A stretch of 64,000 nt of DNA, from contig KZ538123.1 of NCBI GenBank assembly GCA_000934665.2, forward strand, positions 1-64,000, in the 5' to 3' direction. This document shows positions 12,801-25,900 of this stretch, piece by piece (the stretch's first letter is position 1; the number at the start of each line of letters is the position of its first letter). The DNA comes from Catajapyx aquilonaris (lineage: Eukaryota). A program made the position numbers and the translations under genes. Below the pieces are notes generated by a model. That model was not told where the DNA came from. It was given only the letters and a program-made list of their open reading frames with translations, and ran no database searches.

Positions 12801-15800
12801 TTACAGTGTTGCCCCCATGACCTTACCATATTAAACACACTGACACGCCTATCAAAATGTGGAGTACTATGAAACTATATGGTTGAGGCGTAAAAAAAAA
12901 CTGGCGCTTAATATTTCAGTATATGGTATATTCTTCCCCGTTATTATATTGAGCAACTAGGGCTCAGAGCTTACGGAATCCAGGCCCAAAAGGACCAGCA
13001 GTGGAATGGTAGTCATGCCGCCTCGTTTCCATTCTTGCAGGGACACGGTGCCGTCGGCATCGTAATCTATTTCCACCATCATGTCCTGAAGAATCTGGAA
13101 TGAGGAGGCGAGGTGGATGAGTGCAAGGGCGGACAAGGGGAGGTCGGCCTTCGTTTCAAATTAAAGAATAAATGGAAGGTGACAGGCGATCAAATCATTA
13201 TTGTGATATTGCATTTTTTCTCATAAAACTTGGCCAAAAAATTAATTTTCGTTCGTGTCTTTCTGTCGTGTCCATGACTGTGATCAAAAGTTCTTTGGAA
13301 AAGTAGGCTAATAAGATAGTAATAAATGCAATTTTTCTACATTTTCATGTGGGTGCTGCAAAATCCTGATCAAGATGGCGAAAGCTTCTGAGAGGGTGGT
13401 ACGTGACTGTGCGCCCATTTTTGTTCACGCCGCATCGGTATGAGGATCGGATTTGCATATACGGAATGGTCAATGTCATATTTTGGTCGATACTGAGATG
13501 GCATGGTTTAAAATAGTCCTTGACACAGGTACTTTTTGATGATCGTGGTCGTCTTATACTACAAAAATTACAGTCCTTTAGACGTTTAGAGAAATAATGT
13601 CTTTAAAAATATTCAATATACGGTAAGGGGTCGTGCAAATACCACGTGACCGTTTTGGGGGGAGGGGGGGGGGGNNNNNNNNNNNNNNNNNNNNNNNNNN
13701 NNNNNNNNNNNNNNNNNNNNNNNNNNNNNNNNNNNNNNNNNNNNNNNNNNNNNNNNNNNNNNNNNNNNNNNNNNNNNNNNNNNNNNNNNNNNNNNNNNNN
13801 NNNNNNNNNNNNNNNNNNNNNNNNNNNNNNNNNNNNNNNNNNNNNNNNNNNNNNNNNNNNNNNNNNNNNNNNNNNNNNNNNNNNNNGGGGGGGGGGCAAA
13901 AAGTGGTCTAAAATCGGTCACGTGGTATTTGCACGGCCCCTATAATGCCATTACAACGTTTGATATCTCGGAACCACTCGATTGTAACTTGAATTTCAGT
14001 TCTTAATAAAGTAATATGTGTGATTAATTACATTTGAGCTAGGGGAAGCATGGTGGCCTAGTGGTTACGCCACTGGCCAGCCAAGGGGGAGGCCGGGGTT
14101 CTAATCCCGTCCCCGTCACCTCTGCTTGGCCGAGTCTTTTTCCGCTTTTCACCCGACATGCCGGAGCAGAATTGCACTCCCTACTCTGCCCAGGGCCAGG
14201 AGAAAAGGTCTGGTGTATTTCACAAAGTCAGAAATGACTAAAAATTACAGCGCCTTCACTTGGGAACCTCCCCTTCCCCCCTAAGAGGGCTCCGCCCTAT
14301 CACGGGATGTATTTAAAAAAAAATTTAACAAAATTACACTTGAGTTAATGATCTGGCCAATATTATTTATTAACGCAAAGGAGGCGAATCCTATGCTGCT
14401 ATTACTCTCACCAAATCGGAAGGACGCTATAGGTCACGTTATTACAAAAACCCTTCACATTCCAGGTTCTGCAATAATAATCATCGCGTCAAGAGCCATT
14501 ACACCAATGAGAGGTTAATATTGCTAGCGCTTCATTACACAAACACTTCATCTAATCACAGATTCCCAAGCAAAGCGATTTTTTGAAATTTACACAAATT
14601 ATATCTCACACTTTAAAACCCTGCGCAATTACTCGACTCCCATTGAAATGTGCAGGTTGTCGGTTTTGACCCCCGAAACTCGACCTCTAGCACTAACTCA
14701 GTAACCTCAAGAGGAATACCCCCAGGTCTTCTCATGCATCCCATTCATCACACAACCACAGTATTTTTCACTCCTCCCCACTTGTCCTCCAGGCTCCACA
14801 TTTGACCTCCTGAGATTCTCCGCAGGTTAATGCCATGTCTCGAACTCCCAAAACGAATTGACCTGTCGGCGTTCCTCCCACCCTCCTTATCAGGTGAGCC
14901 CAAGATGACGGTTCCAGTGTCACAAACATCCGCAGGACATGAATAAGTACGGATTTACCGATAAGTAGCCTAGGACACACTTAATATGCGAGACCCACCT
15001 CCACTGACTTCACGTTCATGCAATTTGGAGAAGGATACCCATAAAGAAAAACGTGGTCTGGAATGAGAAGCCTAATCCTGGGAAACGGCTCCCACTTGTG
15101 CCGTAGTGCCTAGGCCACCCTACTGGCTTTTCCCCCCCACATCCACTCGTCCTTTCTACCAGAGCCTACAGGGTATTAGTGGTCTGGTGTACATGAAACC
15201 CAGAGCTCCCTTTTTCACATTGTCACATATTGGGCGGAAAATGTCGCCAAATAGGGGGTGACAAACATGGCCGCTCCTTTTGCTAGCTGCTTGGCGCACA
15301 CAAATCCCGTGGCGACCAATAGTCGCGTTGGCCGTTTCGTTGCTGATGCCGAACCAGCCCATGTGGATTTTGGGATAGCCCAGGCAGTTTGCGGATCACG
15401 TTTTCGATCAGTATTAAGAAGCCCGCCGGGAGCGACGTTTTTACTCACATTTCTTGCTTTTTTTGCAACCGATGGGATGTGCGTAAAAATAGCTCGCCAT
15501 ATATCAATGACTAGGGGATTTATTTATTCATGGGGACTGGAATTGCCAGCAAAGTTTGGTAACTGATACTGAAGACTGCGGCACGCCAGATGCGTACAGG
15601 GGTAATATTGAGGGACAACCTGGCCTAGTTCATTACGTGGTCACTAACCCTTATCATACGGCACAAAATCAATGAGCAAGATGTGCATATCTGTAATATT
15701 GTAAAATCAATAAGTGTCAATTCATTCCGCATATTACGAATTAACAGGCTCCCACTGGCCAACTGCTAACAAATATCTGCTTAATTCCAACTACGCACGT

Positions 15801-16868
15801 GCAGAGATAATGGTGTTTGATTAGGGAATCGATCCCATGACCACAGAGGTGAAAGCTAGCACGGAGACTGGAAAATTAACCCTTTGACCACTTCACGTCT
15901 ATTATGCGAGGGGTAACAAAAGTAACTCGACATCACAGGCGGATTTAAAGTTTTGACGCCCATAGGCGGGACATACGAGAGCTTTCCCCTTCCCCCTCCA
16001 GCCAGTGCTACATTTTGATACACTGTTTAAGTAGTCTTCGGCAAAGTAACGGTTTTCAGCCTTGTTCGCAATAGACAAGTAAAAGTAATTATTGAAATTA
16101 GTAGGCCGGGAACAGCAGGAGGAAAAAGTTTGTAGTTGGAAGTTTGAACTCATGCATAACAGAATGTAGGATTATTCAACAGAGACTGTGAAGAACTCTC
16201 AATGCAGCTGCTTTTTTACCAACAGTGACGTCAGGTAAATGAAGACAATTAATTGGGTATAATGTTGCAGAAAGAGCAGTTACCCGGCTGAAAATACACC
16301 CCTCTCGAAGTAGTTTAAAAATCATAACCTTATTAGCCCAAAGAATTAAGTGTTAGAATAATATCGCATATTAAGGACTTGTTTAGTTACTATAGAGCTC
16401 TTCATAACTTTGGAGCAATAATTTTAAAATTTAGTAATCCCGTTTTCACCATGAACCAGAGAGGGTCAAAGCTCCCATTATGTGCATGTAATGGGAACTG
16501 GCTGCATCTATATGCGCTGATGAGACACTGAGAGTGTTTAGCTACCTTATTAACATACAGTACATGTTTTTACAAGTAAGGTCAATAACTGTTTGAATAC
16601 AGTATTGTTCCTTTTATGAGGAGCACTAGTTAACATAGGACCGTTTATTTAATTACACACTACTCAAATGTCAGTGAAGTACTGTTGTCTTTTCAGGAAA
16701 ATCCGACCGACGCAATACAAATTAAAAAATTGATGCGACCATGATTTTGTTAACGGTAATGAGCAACAAAATCAACATTGGTGCAAAAATTACGTTTTCA
16801 CATCTTGTTACTTGCATCGTCACAATTCCTAGTGTGTTGATTTTTCATCATAAGTTTGTGTAGTAACC

Positions 16869-16945
<77 letters not shown>

Positions 16946-19900
16946 CGTGCCGCCTACTTAATAGGACTAACCACGGATGCTTAATATCAGGAGTGATTTT
17001 TTTCCGAATTTTTCAAGTGACACCTATTCAAAGGAAATTTTATTATGCGTATTATTTCCAACTATAGTGACTTTTGCTTTATAAATTCACTTCAAGTACT
17101 ACAGTGTATGTCCAAAAACTCTCGGACAACCATCAGAACTCTAAAAATATGAATTATATGAATTTTTTCCCTAACACTCATCTGCTAGAGTGTTGTCTAG
17201 AATGAAGATACCATTGCCCGAACCAAATTGAAACCTACCGGGGACCAAGTAGTCCTACTCTCGAATATGCTTCAGGTATTCAGGTATGCGGGAGTTAGTG
17301 ACCACTCTGTATTACGTTCCATCATAATAATTGTAGGCTAAACATTATTGCGGACATTCATCCTTTCATGCATACTTGTACATTCACTGAGCACCGAGAT
17401 ACCTGCGGCACGTAGACTATACCTCACCTATATGGCAAGTGCCACTCATATGATGTGTTACATGTGTAGGGCCTACGAAAGAATGAGTGCCGGCAATAAC
17501 ACTTGATTGGCCCACAGTGCCCATAGGGATGTTTTAAATTACAGGCCAATTAACCTCCTCCGCATCGTTTGAAATAATATCTGACCCTAACATTTTTGGT
17601 ATTAGTGTTCTCATCATTCTATGTAACCAACACCGCCCCCAGAATTTTAATCATATTGTAACTTTCGATATGAAAAAGTTATTATAGGTTGTAGTCTGGA
17701 AAGTTACGGAACGATGCAACATTTTCAATATTAAGCTTCCCGCAACGACGTTTTAAGTCGACGATAAAGGAAACCACGTTTTAGCCTGACTTGCACTATT
17801 CGCACTTACTAACACTATACAGTATAGCAATTTTTGCACAATCACTAACTTTGCCCTTTGAGTCCACCACTCTCAGACACTTGCAATTATAAACCGTCAC
17901 TTACTTTGCACGAAACACTTGTCAGTTGACATAATTGTAACCTTACTATGCAAACAGCTGTTCGCGAAATGTCGTTGTTACGTCGTTGATGCCGGTGTCA
18001 GGTTATTTTTGCTACACCTCGCATACACTTGGTGTTTCTAAAGTGAGCGGAGATTCGCATCGATCCTGTATACAACTCGTGAGGTGGGTAGTAATGACCA
18101 TATTATTATTCAGCGGGCTAAACAGAAAAGTGGCCACTTAGCTGATCAGTTCGCCCATGTTTCTTGCAGCCAATCGCCGGCACAAAATGCGCATCTGTTT
18201 TACTCCCGGCGTAAAAATACGATTTCAGGTTTCCATGCCTCAATTTGCTGGGTGTCTAACAAGCGCAAAACTAGGCACTCCTGTGGTAATGGCAGTAAAG
18301 CCTGTAAAACCTAGTAATCAGACAACCTTATCAATTTAAGATCCTTGCATGTCACATATAAAAATAAGAAAATAGAGCGACAGTGCTGATGATGAATTGT
18401 ACTGATATACACTAATATTGAAGTGTGGAAACCAGAAAGGCGATCAATTTATTTGTCAAATTTATCATCGTCCGATGTTTTGACAATGGGCGAAAATTGG
18501 GAAGTGAGATAAGGCACAATGTGATTAAAGTCGATCTAAGATTGTTATGATTACAGCAGGATGGAAATCATTGTTGATGCTATTACCACATTTGCAACTG
18601 CGCGGGGTTAAGGGGAAACAAGTCATGTTTTATTTATCACCTTCCTGTTTGTGTTGAAGTGATAGTGCAACCGACGAGCGCAAAAAAATCATATCAGTTT
18701 ATACTCACAGGCTTTAACTCGGAAACGTCCCATCCTAGATATTCCGCCACATTCATCATCTGATTCACGATGGAGTCCATTTCCTGTTGATGGAAGGGGA
18801 AAAAGGCACTTTTAGCGATATATTTTATCCCCGGTGCGATGTCCGCCACTGTTGCTAATAAAATTTGCGTCAAATTATTTGCTTCATGAACCGTTCTAAT
18901 AAGAGTGAATTCAAACGGGATCCAACATCATCAATTTGGCAAAATTGAATTATGAGTGCATGGAATGGTAGTGGTCCATGGGCAATGACATAGAAAGGCT
19001 GATACCTTAATGTAGCATACCATAATGGTGCAAATATTATTTAAAAATATATGCTAGCAGCGCAGGGTTTTGGCGACATAATCCTGCAGGTTTTTGTCAA
19101 TACAAGGAGGCGTACTGTAAAAGGTACAAAGATACCGTACGTGCTCCAGTTACATATCACAATTTTTTGTAAGCACTGTATAGTTACATTGAATGGTCGA
19201 CAAACTAATAATGAACAGTAGCACAGTCATTAGCTGAAATTCAATCAATCTCTCATGAGACATGCCGATGTAATAATTGATCGTATTTTCATTTCGCAAG
19301 TTCATTTCTGAACAAAGCAGTCTAAGACGTACCTGGGCAATTAATCAACGCATAAATAATTGCTTTGCTTTAAAATGTAGCTTAAAGGTCACTGTGCATC
19401 CCACACATTTCTGGCGATGGAGACGGATGAAATCCATCCCTTTATTCCCATCCGTCCAATTCAGTTTCATGCACTAGTGTAATCAATTTGGTGTTTTTTA
19501 TACCTCTTTTTTTCCTTTCACCAATTCAGCTTAAAAAGCACTTTTTACTCGCTGAAGCAGAATCAGATGGCATCACCATCTTCATTAAGTTGTGACGATG
19601 ATTGAGACAAGGAATATCGTACACTAACAATTGACTGGGTTATTGGTTGGGCTAATTGACAATATTTGTTAGGTTACTCAGGAATATTGGCGGAGTCTAC
19701 GTAAACATAGGCTACGAGCACGACAAAATCAAAGATGTATAATGATTGGAACCGTGGAAAAGATAATAAAGTGTGGCTTGATTAATTTTGTGTTCTCTTA
19801 TCTCATACAAGAATTCACTTTCAATACTTCATGCCCGACTGACAGCAACAATGATACTGTGAGTTAATACAAGTGGAGTACTTACGTTAGTGTCCAAGAC

Positions 19901-22900
19901 GCCATTTCCATCCGTGTCATACAAGCGAAACATGACTGAAAATATATACAAAATTGTGTATTAAGTTAATTTTGCTCTCACCAAAAAATACATTGCATTA
20001 GTAGAGCATATTATTCCTTTTTAACTTTATTATTCTTACATTTTTTTAAGTGGGTGGAATTGTATTTGGACAAATAAAATGCCCCCAGTGTCAAGCTCTA
20101 TAGCAACTTAAAATTGATCCAGAGTTCTCTCAACGGGATTCAAGCTTGATATCGAACTACTTTTTTACAAAGTTCTGCAAAGGTGAGAGGCCGGAGTGTT
20201 AACCCCTAAACCCCAACAGAGCTCACGGGCTTTACACACGAAGCCATCGTCTCAGAAAATAGTGGCATGATACTTTATATTTGAAAAGTATTCAGAAAAA
20301 TGAGCAACGCCTCCAGCTGCAGATATAAACAAAGTGAAAAATAGAAAGAAAAATGATCATTCATACGACTGATATTTGATGCATCATTCCAGTTCTTTTT
20401 TGACTCTTTTGAATGTGACAAACAACTTTATTCTGAGCAACCGCTCACTTATAATGTAAATGTGGAATGCCTTCTCAGGCCACAATGTTCCTACCCTTTC
20501 ACAATCGAATCTCTAAAGTATAGTGGGCGGGGGTATAGGAAGCGGCGGTATTCAAATAGGAAGAAGGACATACTCTTTCTTTCCTCTCCTTATTTTGAAT
20601 TCCACTCCATTCCTCCTCACGCCCACCCCTATTCAGCTGACTTGGCGGTTGGAAAAGGTCAAAACTGTGCCCGTAACTAGAGTATAGTCTCTGCCTTATT
20701 TTCAGAAAAATATTGCTCATCTAGATCAGAAAAAAAAATCCAACCACCTACACTGAAACTCTGCAAACTCAGGTTTGAGTGGTGTGTAAATATCAAATAT
20801 AGCGTTAAAAATATCTGATAGCCTTTTTAGAACTAAGCTCTGCAACGCCTTCCGCGACTAAATGTTACAGTGGATATATACACGTCCGGATCGAAAAAAT
20901 ATGTCACAAAATAGGAGTTCAATATTGCCTGTACTCACATTCCAACTTATCTTCGGGGCGCCCTCCTTCCAGGAGAGATAAGTAGCACACAATATCCTTC
21001 AAGGATACTCGGATGCTCTGAACGTCCATGCTGCTCGACTTTCTAGTAAACGGTTTCACTTCTGATAATGAAATCAAAATTACACGGTGTTACAGATGGT
21101 GGCGATTCTACTTATAGTACAGTACAGGGAGGCAACTCACCATTATTGACTAGGAGAGAGTTATTCGACTTGCGTGATGAATTGCGTGATATTTGACTGT
21201 GTGAAGGAGACGAATCATTGCTGCAGTCCTTATTGGCTGGAAGTTTCTCTTCGCCGCCGGTGTACGAAGCATGAGTCACGGTAACCATAGGATGAACAGA
21301 AGCACCAATGCTCCCTGCCACAATTGGTGCAATACAGATGCCATCTTGGTCAAAAGAATGTTAACAACAAGATACGGAATAAAGTTAATTAAATTACCTG
21401 TTCTGGTTCTAGTGCTAGTGTCTGAATCAGAGCGACAGTGGCTCCGATGAAGCTTTTCGGTGAGTCCATGAAGCTTATCGGCTAATCCGTGGGCTTTCTC
21501 CAGGATGGGTGCAGTTGTGTTGGATGCCATTGTAGGTGAGGAGCCGTCGACAGTCAGGTTGGTGACTGATCCACTGTTCTGGTGGGTATGAGACGTAATG
21601 GGTGCGCAGGCAGTCACTGAACTCATGGCTGCCATTTCCTGATGGTGAGATCAAATTTCACATTCTTACTGCACCATACGTAGACAAGTCATAAATATGA
21701 GGATCTGTTACACCCATATATTGCAAAAGGAATGCACTGGTGTCTGGGTTTCAGAGCTTTGAATGCTAAAATAGAAAATTCGTCGTTAAGCATCCAGCAC
21801 TGCGTCACGTTCGAATGGTATCGACAAAAAGTCATGTCCGATTTTTGCAATTACCTTCCACCCTTAACAGAATTTTGGTCCCTGAAGTTGTTCAATAACA
21901 ACAGGGTGAATCTATTTCAGATCAGGCAATGGGTGTCAAGTCATAGTCATAGCTATTTGTGAAAAAAATGTAATAATCAACACTAGTCCAGATTTAACCA
22001 TAACAGTAATTACATTAAATTGCGAAATGCATTAATTTGTACCATAATCAGCATGATTTTAGCTTTTTTTGAAGATGACTGTGCCATTAAATAAGGTAAA
22101 TATGTACATTAACGCTTAGTACTTTGACCCAAAAAGACTGTTTAAAATTTCATGGCGGTTGCCGGAACGGTTCCGGAAATATATTTATTTAAAGTAAGGA
22201 AAAAAGTGCATCTTCTCCGAAATGTTATTTTGGTACCCCTTGAAATAAATATTAATATCTCGATTACAAAATTTTAAAATTTAAAACTAATTGCTCCATA
22301 TGAAGACAATTAGGTGTGGGTGTCGCATATATATTTCAAAACCCCCTATGTCTTGACACCCATCATCTCTGAATCATCCAACAGATCATTTGACAAGTTT
22401 GGTGTTACGAATCTAATTGAGGACAATCGTAATAAATTATTCTGCATCCTGTTTCGCATGAATTAGTGTTATAGAAATTAATAAGGACAGTGATTTGACA
22501 ATCCGGGCAGTAACTTCCCACCTATTCCATCCCTTTCACATATGGAAAGGCCGATGCTATACAATTTGCTCCTCCCCTATCCCCCTCTCCCCAACTTTCA
22601 TAGAAAAGTCTAAATAGCGAAGAGTCTGTCGCTGACACTATAGCGCAATATATTTTAGCTTTACATTTAGTACCCCGTCATTCAATACGAAACCGAGGCA
22701 ATAAAGTCGGAACTACTGAGTGTTCACAGCCAGGGGCTAGGAAAGTGGGGAGGTGGGAGGGGATTGTGGAGGGTGGGGTAGGTGGTGCAGGGTGCTATGG
22801 GATTTAGAAATTTGCTTTCTGTTCGCGTTTACACCGAAAGGTTCGATCGTGCTTTTTTTTCTTATTCTCAAGTTTACTTACTCTCTTGTTGCTGCCTCGG

Positions 22901-25900
22901 GTTTTACGCGGAGGGGAAAGATTGCAATTTTGAAAAAAAAGGGAGAGAAAAGACGTCCATCTATTTGCTTCAACTTCTTTTACCAGCTTATCCTCGTCTT
23001 TTCATGTCTTGACACGTTTACACCAGCTGCCATTTGGAGTGTAAACGCGGAAGAAAATATCTTCTCACCTGCACTCACACTTTTTTCCTGAAAATATGAC
23101 GTCGCCAGAAATCCAAAGCATTTCCCATCTCTGAGTTGTCAACTTACTCTGGATTTCATATAACGCATCTTGACAATGCCATGAGGGCAGTGATATGTAA
23201 CTCAATTTCTATTTAAGTTATAGTACATATGAAATTATGCTCACCCATCTGCCATAGTATAAACTAGGCTCTGCTATATAATCACAGTATATTTATCTAT
23301 TTCGCCCAAAGTGTATATTTGAGGCGATCTTCTTTCCGAGTTGAAATTTATGATAATTGTCTGCTGGCAAAGTCACAGGGTCGGGCCTGCGTCTGACGAT
23401 AAGCCTCCTGCTGTGGTGACGCTATGTCTTGGAAATAATATTGTCAGTGTGCCCGCAATGACTAAAACCGCTGTTCGTAATATCACACAGCTTTCCAATG
23501 AACATGCAAATTACCGACGATGAATAGTGTGAAATGAAAAATTATCGGACGAATATTTTAAAAAAAACCTACATGTTCGGAAATAGTCGATGTGAAAGCG
23601 AGAGAGATATAGCGCTACTCCGCTCCATGGCAAATCAGGCTTTCTTCCCTTTAGGCTATACCCATGGTCGGCCGAAGCTGCCATTTTTACAATAACCTCT
23701 TTTTATACCCTGGCTCTCGGCATGCTATCAAATCACTGAAAATTATTTGTAGCAAGCTGCTGTAATATCTGATGGGACATAATGGCAACGAATGAGCATC
23801 AATTCAAAAGTGCATTGAGGCTGTGGGGTGCACGAATATAGTGCTGTTAGGGACAAGACTGCAAGCTGAACTATGCAAGTGGACATGCGTTGGTATCATG
23901 GGCTGTGTGATATTTGAATTTTTATATCAAAAGTCGATATTGCATAGTTATTAATCGAATACGATATATCAAGAAACGAATAATGGCACAAATAATTGCG
24001 TATTCAATATCATTATTCATTGACACAAAAGCAAATGGCAAAATCTATATATTGATGTGTAGCTTTTAAAATATCGACTGTGAGATATTAAACACGATCA
24101 ATATACCGTATCGAAATATCACTTCAGCCCTACCCTGACCCAGTTGTATACCTTCAATTGTGCAGTAATCGACATTAATCAAAATCGATTGACAATATGG
24201 TGTGGGTACACGCTACCTTGCACACCTTCAGAGATCTGCCGTCTGGTAGTGTGAGTTTGGCTGGACGTCGCACGAAGGACAAGAAAAGGTGGCGGCATAG
24301 CTCCTCAGGCGTCTCAACCTCTAGGTATGTGTCCAGGAAAATCTTGAAACCGTCATAATCAATATCCTGCAGAAGTGAATCACATTATTAGGTACATTAA
24401 TTTATTGGTCTAAAAAATTTCCGACTCTCCAAGCGTGTCCGGAACAATAATATATTCCACCGTAACATTTTTGCATTTACAACCAGCTTAAGACCGTCCA
24501 AATCAGCAGCAAAAATGACTGAAAACGACCATAAAATTCATTCGTAATACCACTATCTAAAGCTGAATGCTTCGGATACAGTTAGGAAGTCAAGCTCTGG
24601 TACCCAGGATTCTTCCTCTGACAAGCGGAACAAGCTTAGGTTATATTATGGAAATCGCCTGCCGCAATATTGCTTTCCTGACAGTCTCGGGCAGCGTGGA
24701 GAATTATTGTAAGCGTTTATTTGACGAGACAAGTATTACAAAACATGAAATAAACATGTCAACATGCATTACGTGTAGGCCTACTGTCTTGAAAGTTGGA
24801 AGTTAATTATTGTCTTTGTAACTTTATTGCAGCTAATCTTGGACACAATTCTGACAAAATCTTTGGCGTTATTGAAAAAAATAAATAAAGTGAAGAACAG
24901 TATATATAGGTGACATTACTCATGTGTAAGGGAAGTTTTCCTCTAGCCTAGCCTCCATTGGCCTCTCGAAATCTGTCTTCTTGAAATACGACGGGATAGA
25001 TCCCACTGAGGTTGATTAAAGACTTTACGGGTAAAAAGGTTGCCCAGCTATACAGTTCAAAAGTAGCATCCAGACTTCCCCTACCCCCCGAACTGCTAGT
25101 TCAGCTATATCGTAAGTAAAGAAAGGAGAAAAATACAAAAAAATAATAATTTCAAAAACTTACTCCATCCAGGTTGTATCTCGACAACAGGCCTCTTCCG
25201 TTGAACTCGTCCAAAACATCCTTCAACTTTTTGGTCGAATCTGAAACATTTGAAGTGTAAAAAGTAATATTGGGAGTTCAAAGCATTCCCGTCGTCTCAT
25301 TTTTGTGCACATGTGCGGATATGTCCTTTGGCAAATTTCGTTTTATGTTTACGTCTTATGGGCTGGACATTTTTTTTCTCTGCCTTTGAAGTTGGCCCGG
25401 CGTATACAATACACCGGCGAGTCTTTTTTTGGCACTGTTTGAACTAAAAGAGTTGCAAATGTAATTCTGGCCGCTCCCCCTGTTTTTCAATAATGTTGCA
25501 TTACTGTCTGTACGTTGGAATTGTGCCCAAATATGACCTCCCTGGCTAAAAGGATGGAAGCTAACGAATGGAGACTTAGACTCAACATGTAGACTATGGG
25601 AATGGACCGGTTGGTTTGTTCATTTTGAACAGGACAAACCACTCCACAACCTGCACTCCATTCATTGCAGCTCTTATCCAGGGCACACATCTGATTTACA
25701 CCACTTTGACAAAAAAGTATCAAATCTGTCTATCCTCATCATCACTCCCGTGCCTGCCTCATTGGCAGACACTATGGGCAGGGGGAAAAAAAAACCTCTA
25801 CTCCGGGAGTAAAAAGGCGAAAATGTTCCCTCGTCAATTTTAGCTAAATCGAGTTGTGTGCACCAAACCATCCTGGAAGGCATGTTCCGTAATGCGGCGG

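Noticed and set aside
13603..13945. ORF-track entries with poly-X
   Set aside because: Artefacts of the N gap
14600..15566. GC-richer block with several 70-100 aa ORFs
   Set aside because: No recognisable domain or splice structure; probably repeat debris, cannot be classified by eye
16517..16550. Hammerhead-like CTGATGAG followed by stem GACAC/GTGTT
   Set aside because: The required GAAA core after stem II is absent (TAGC); at most a dead Penelope-type relic
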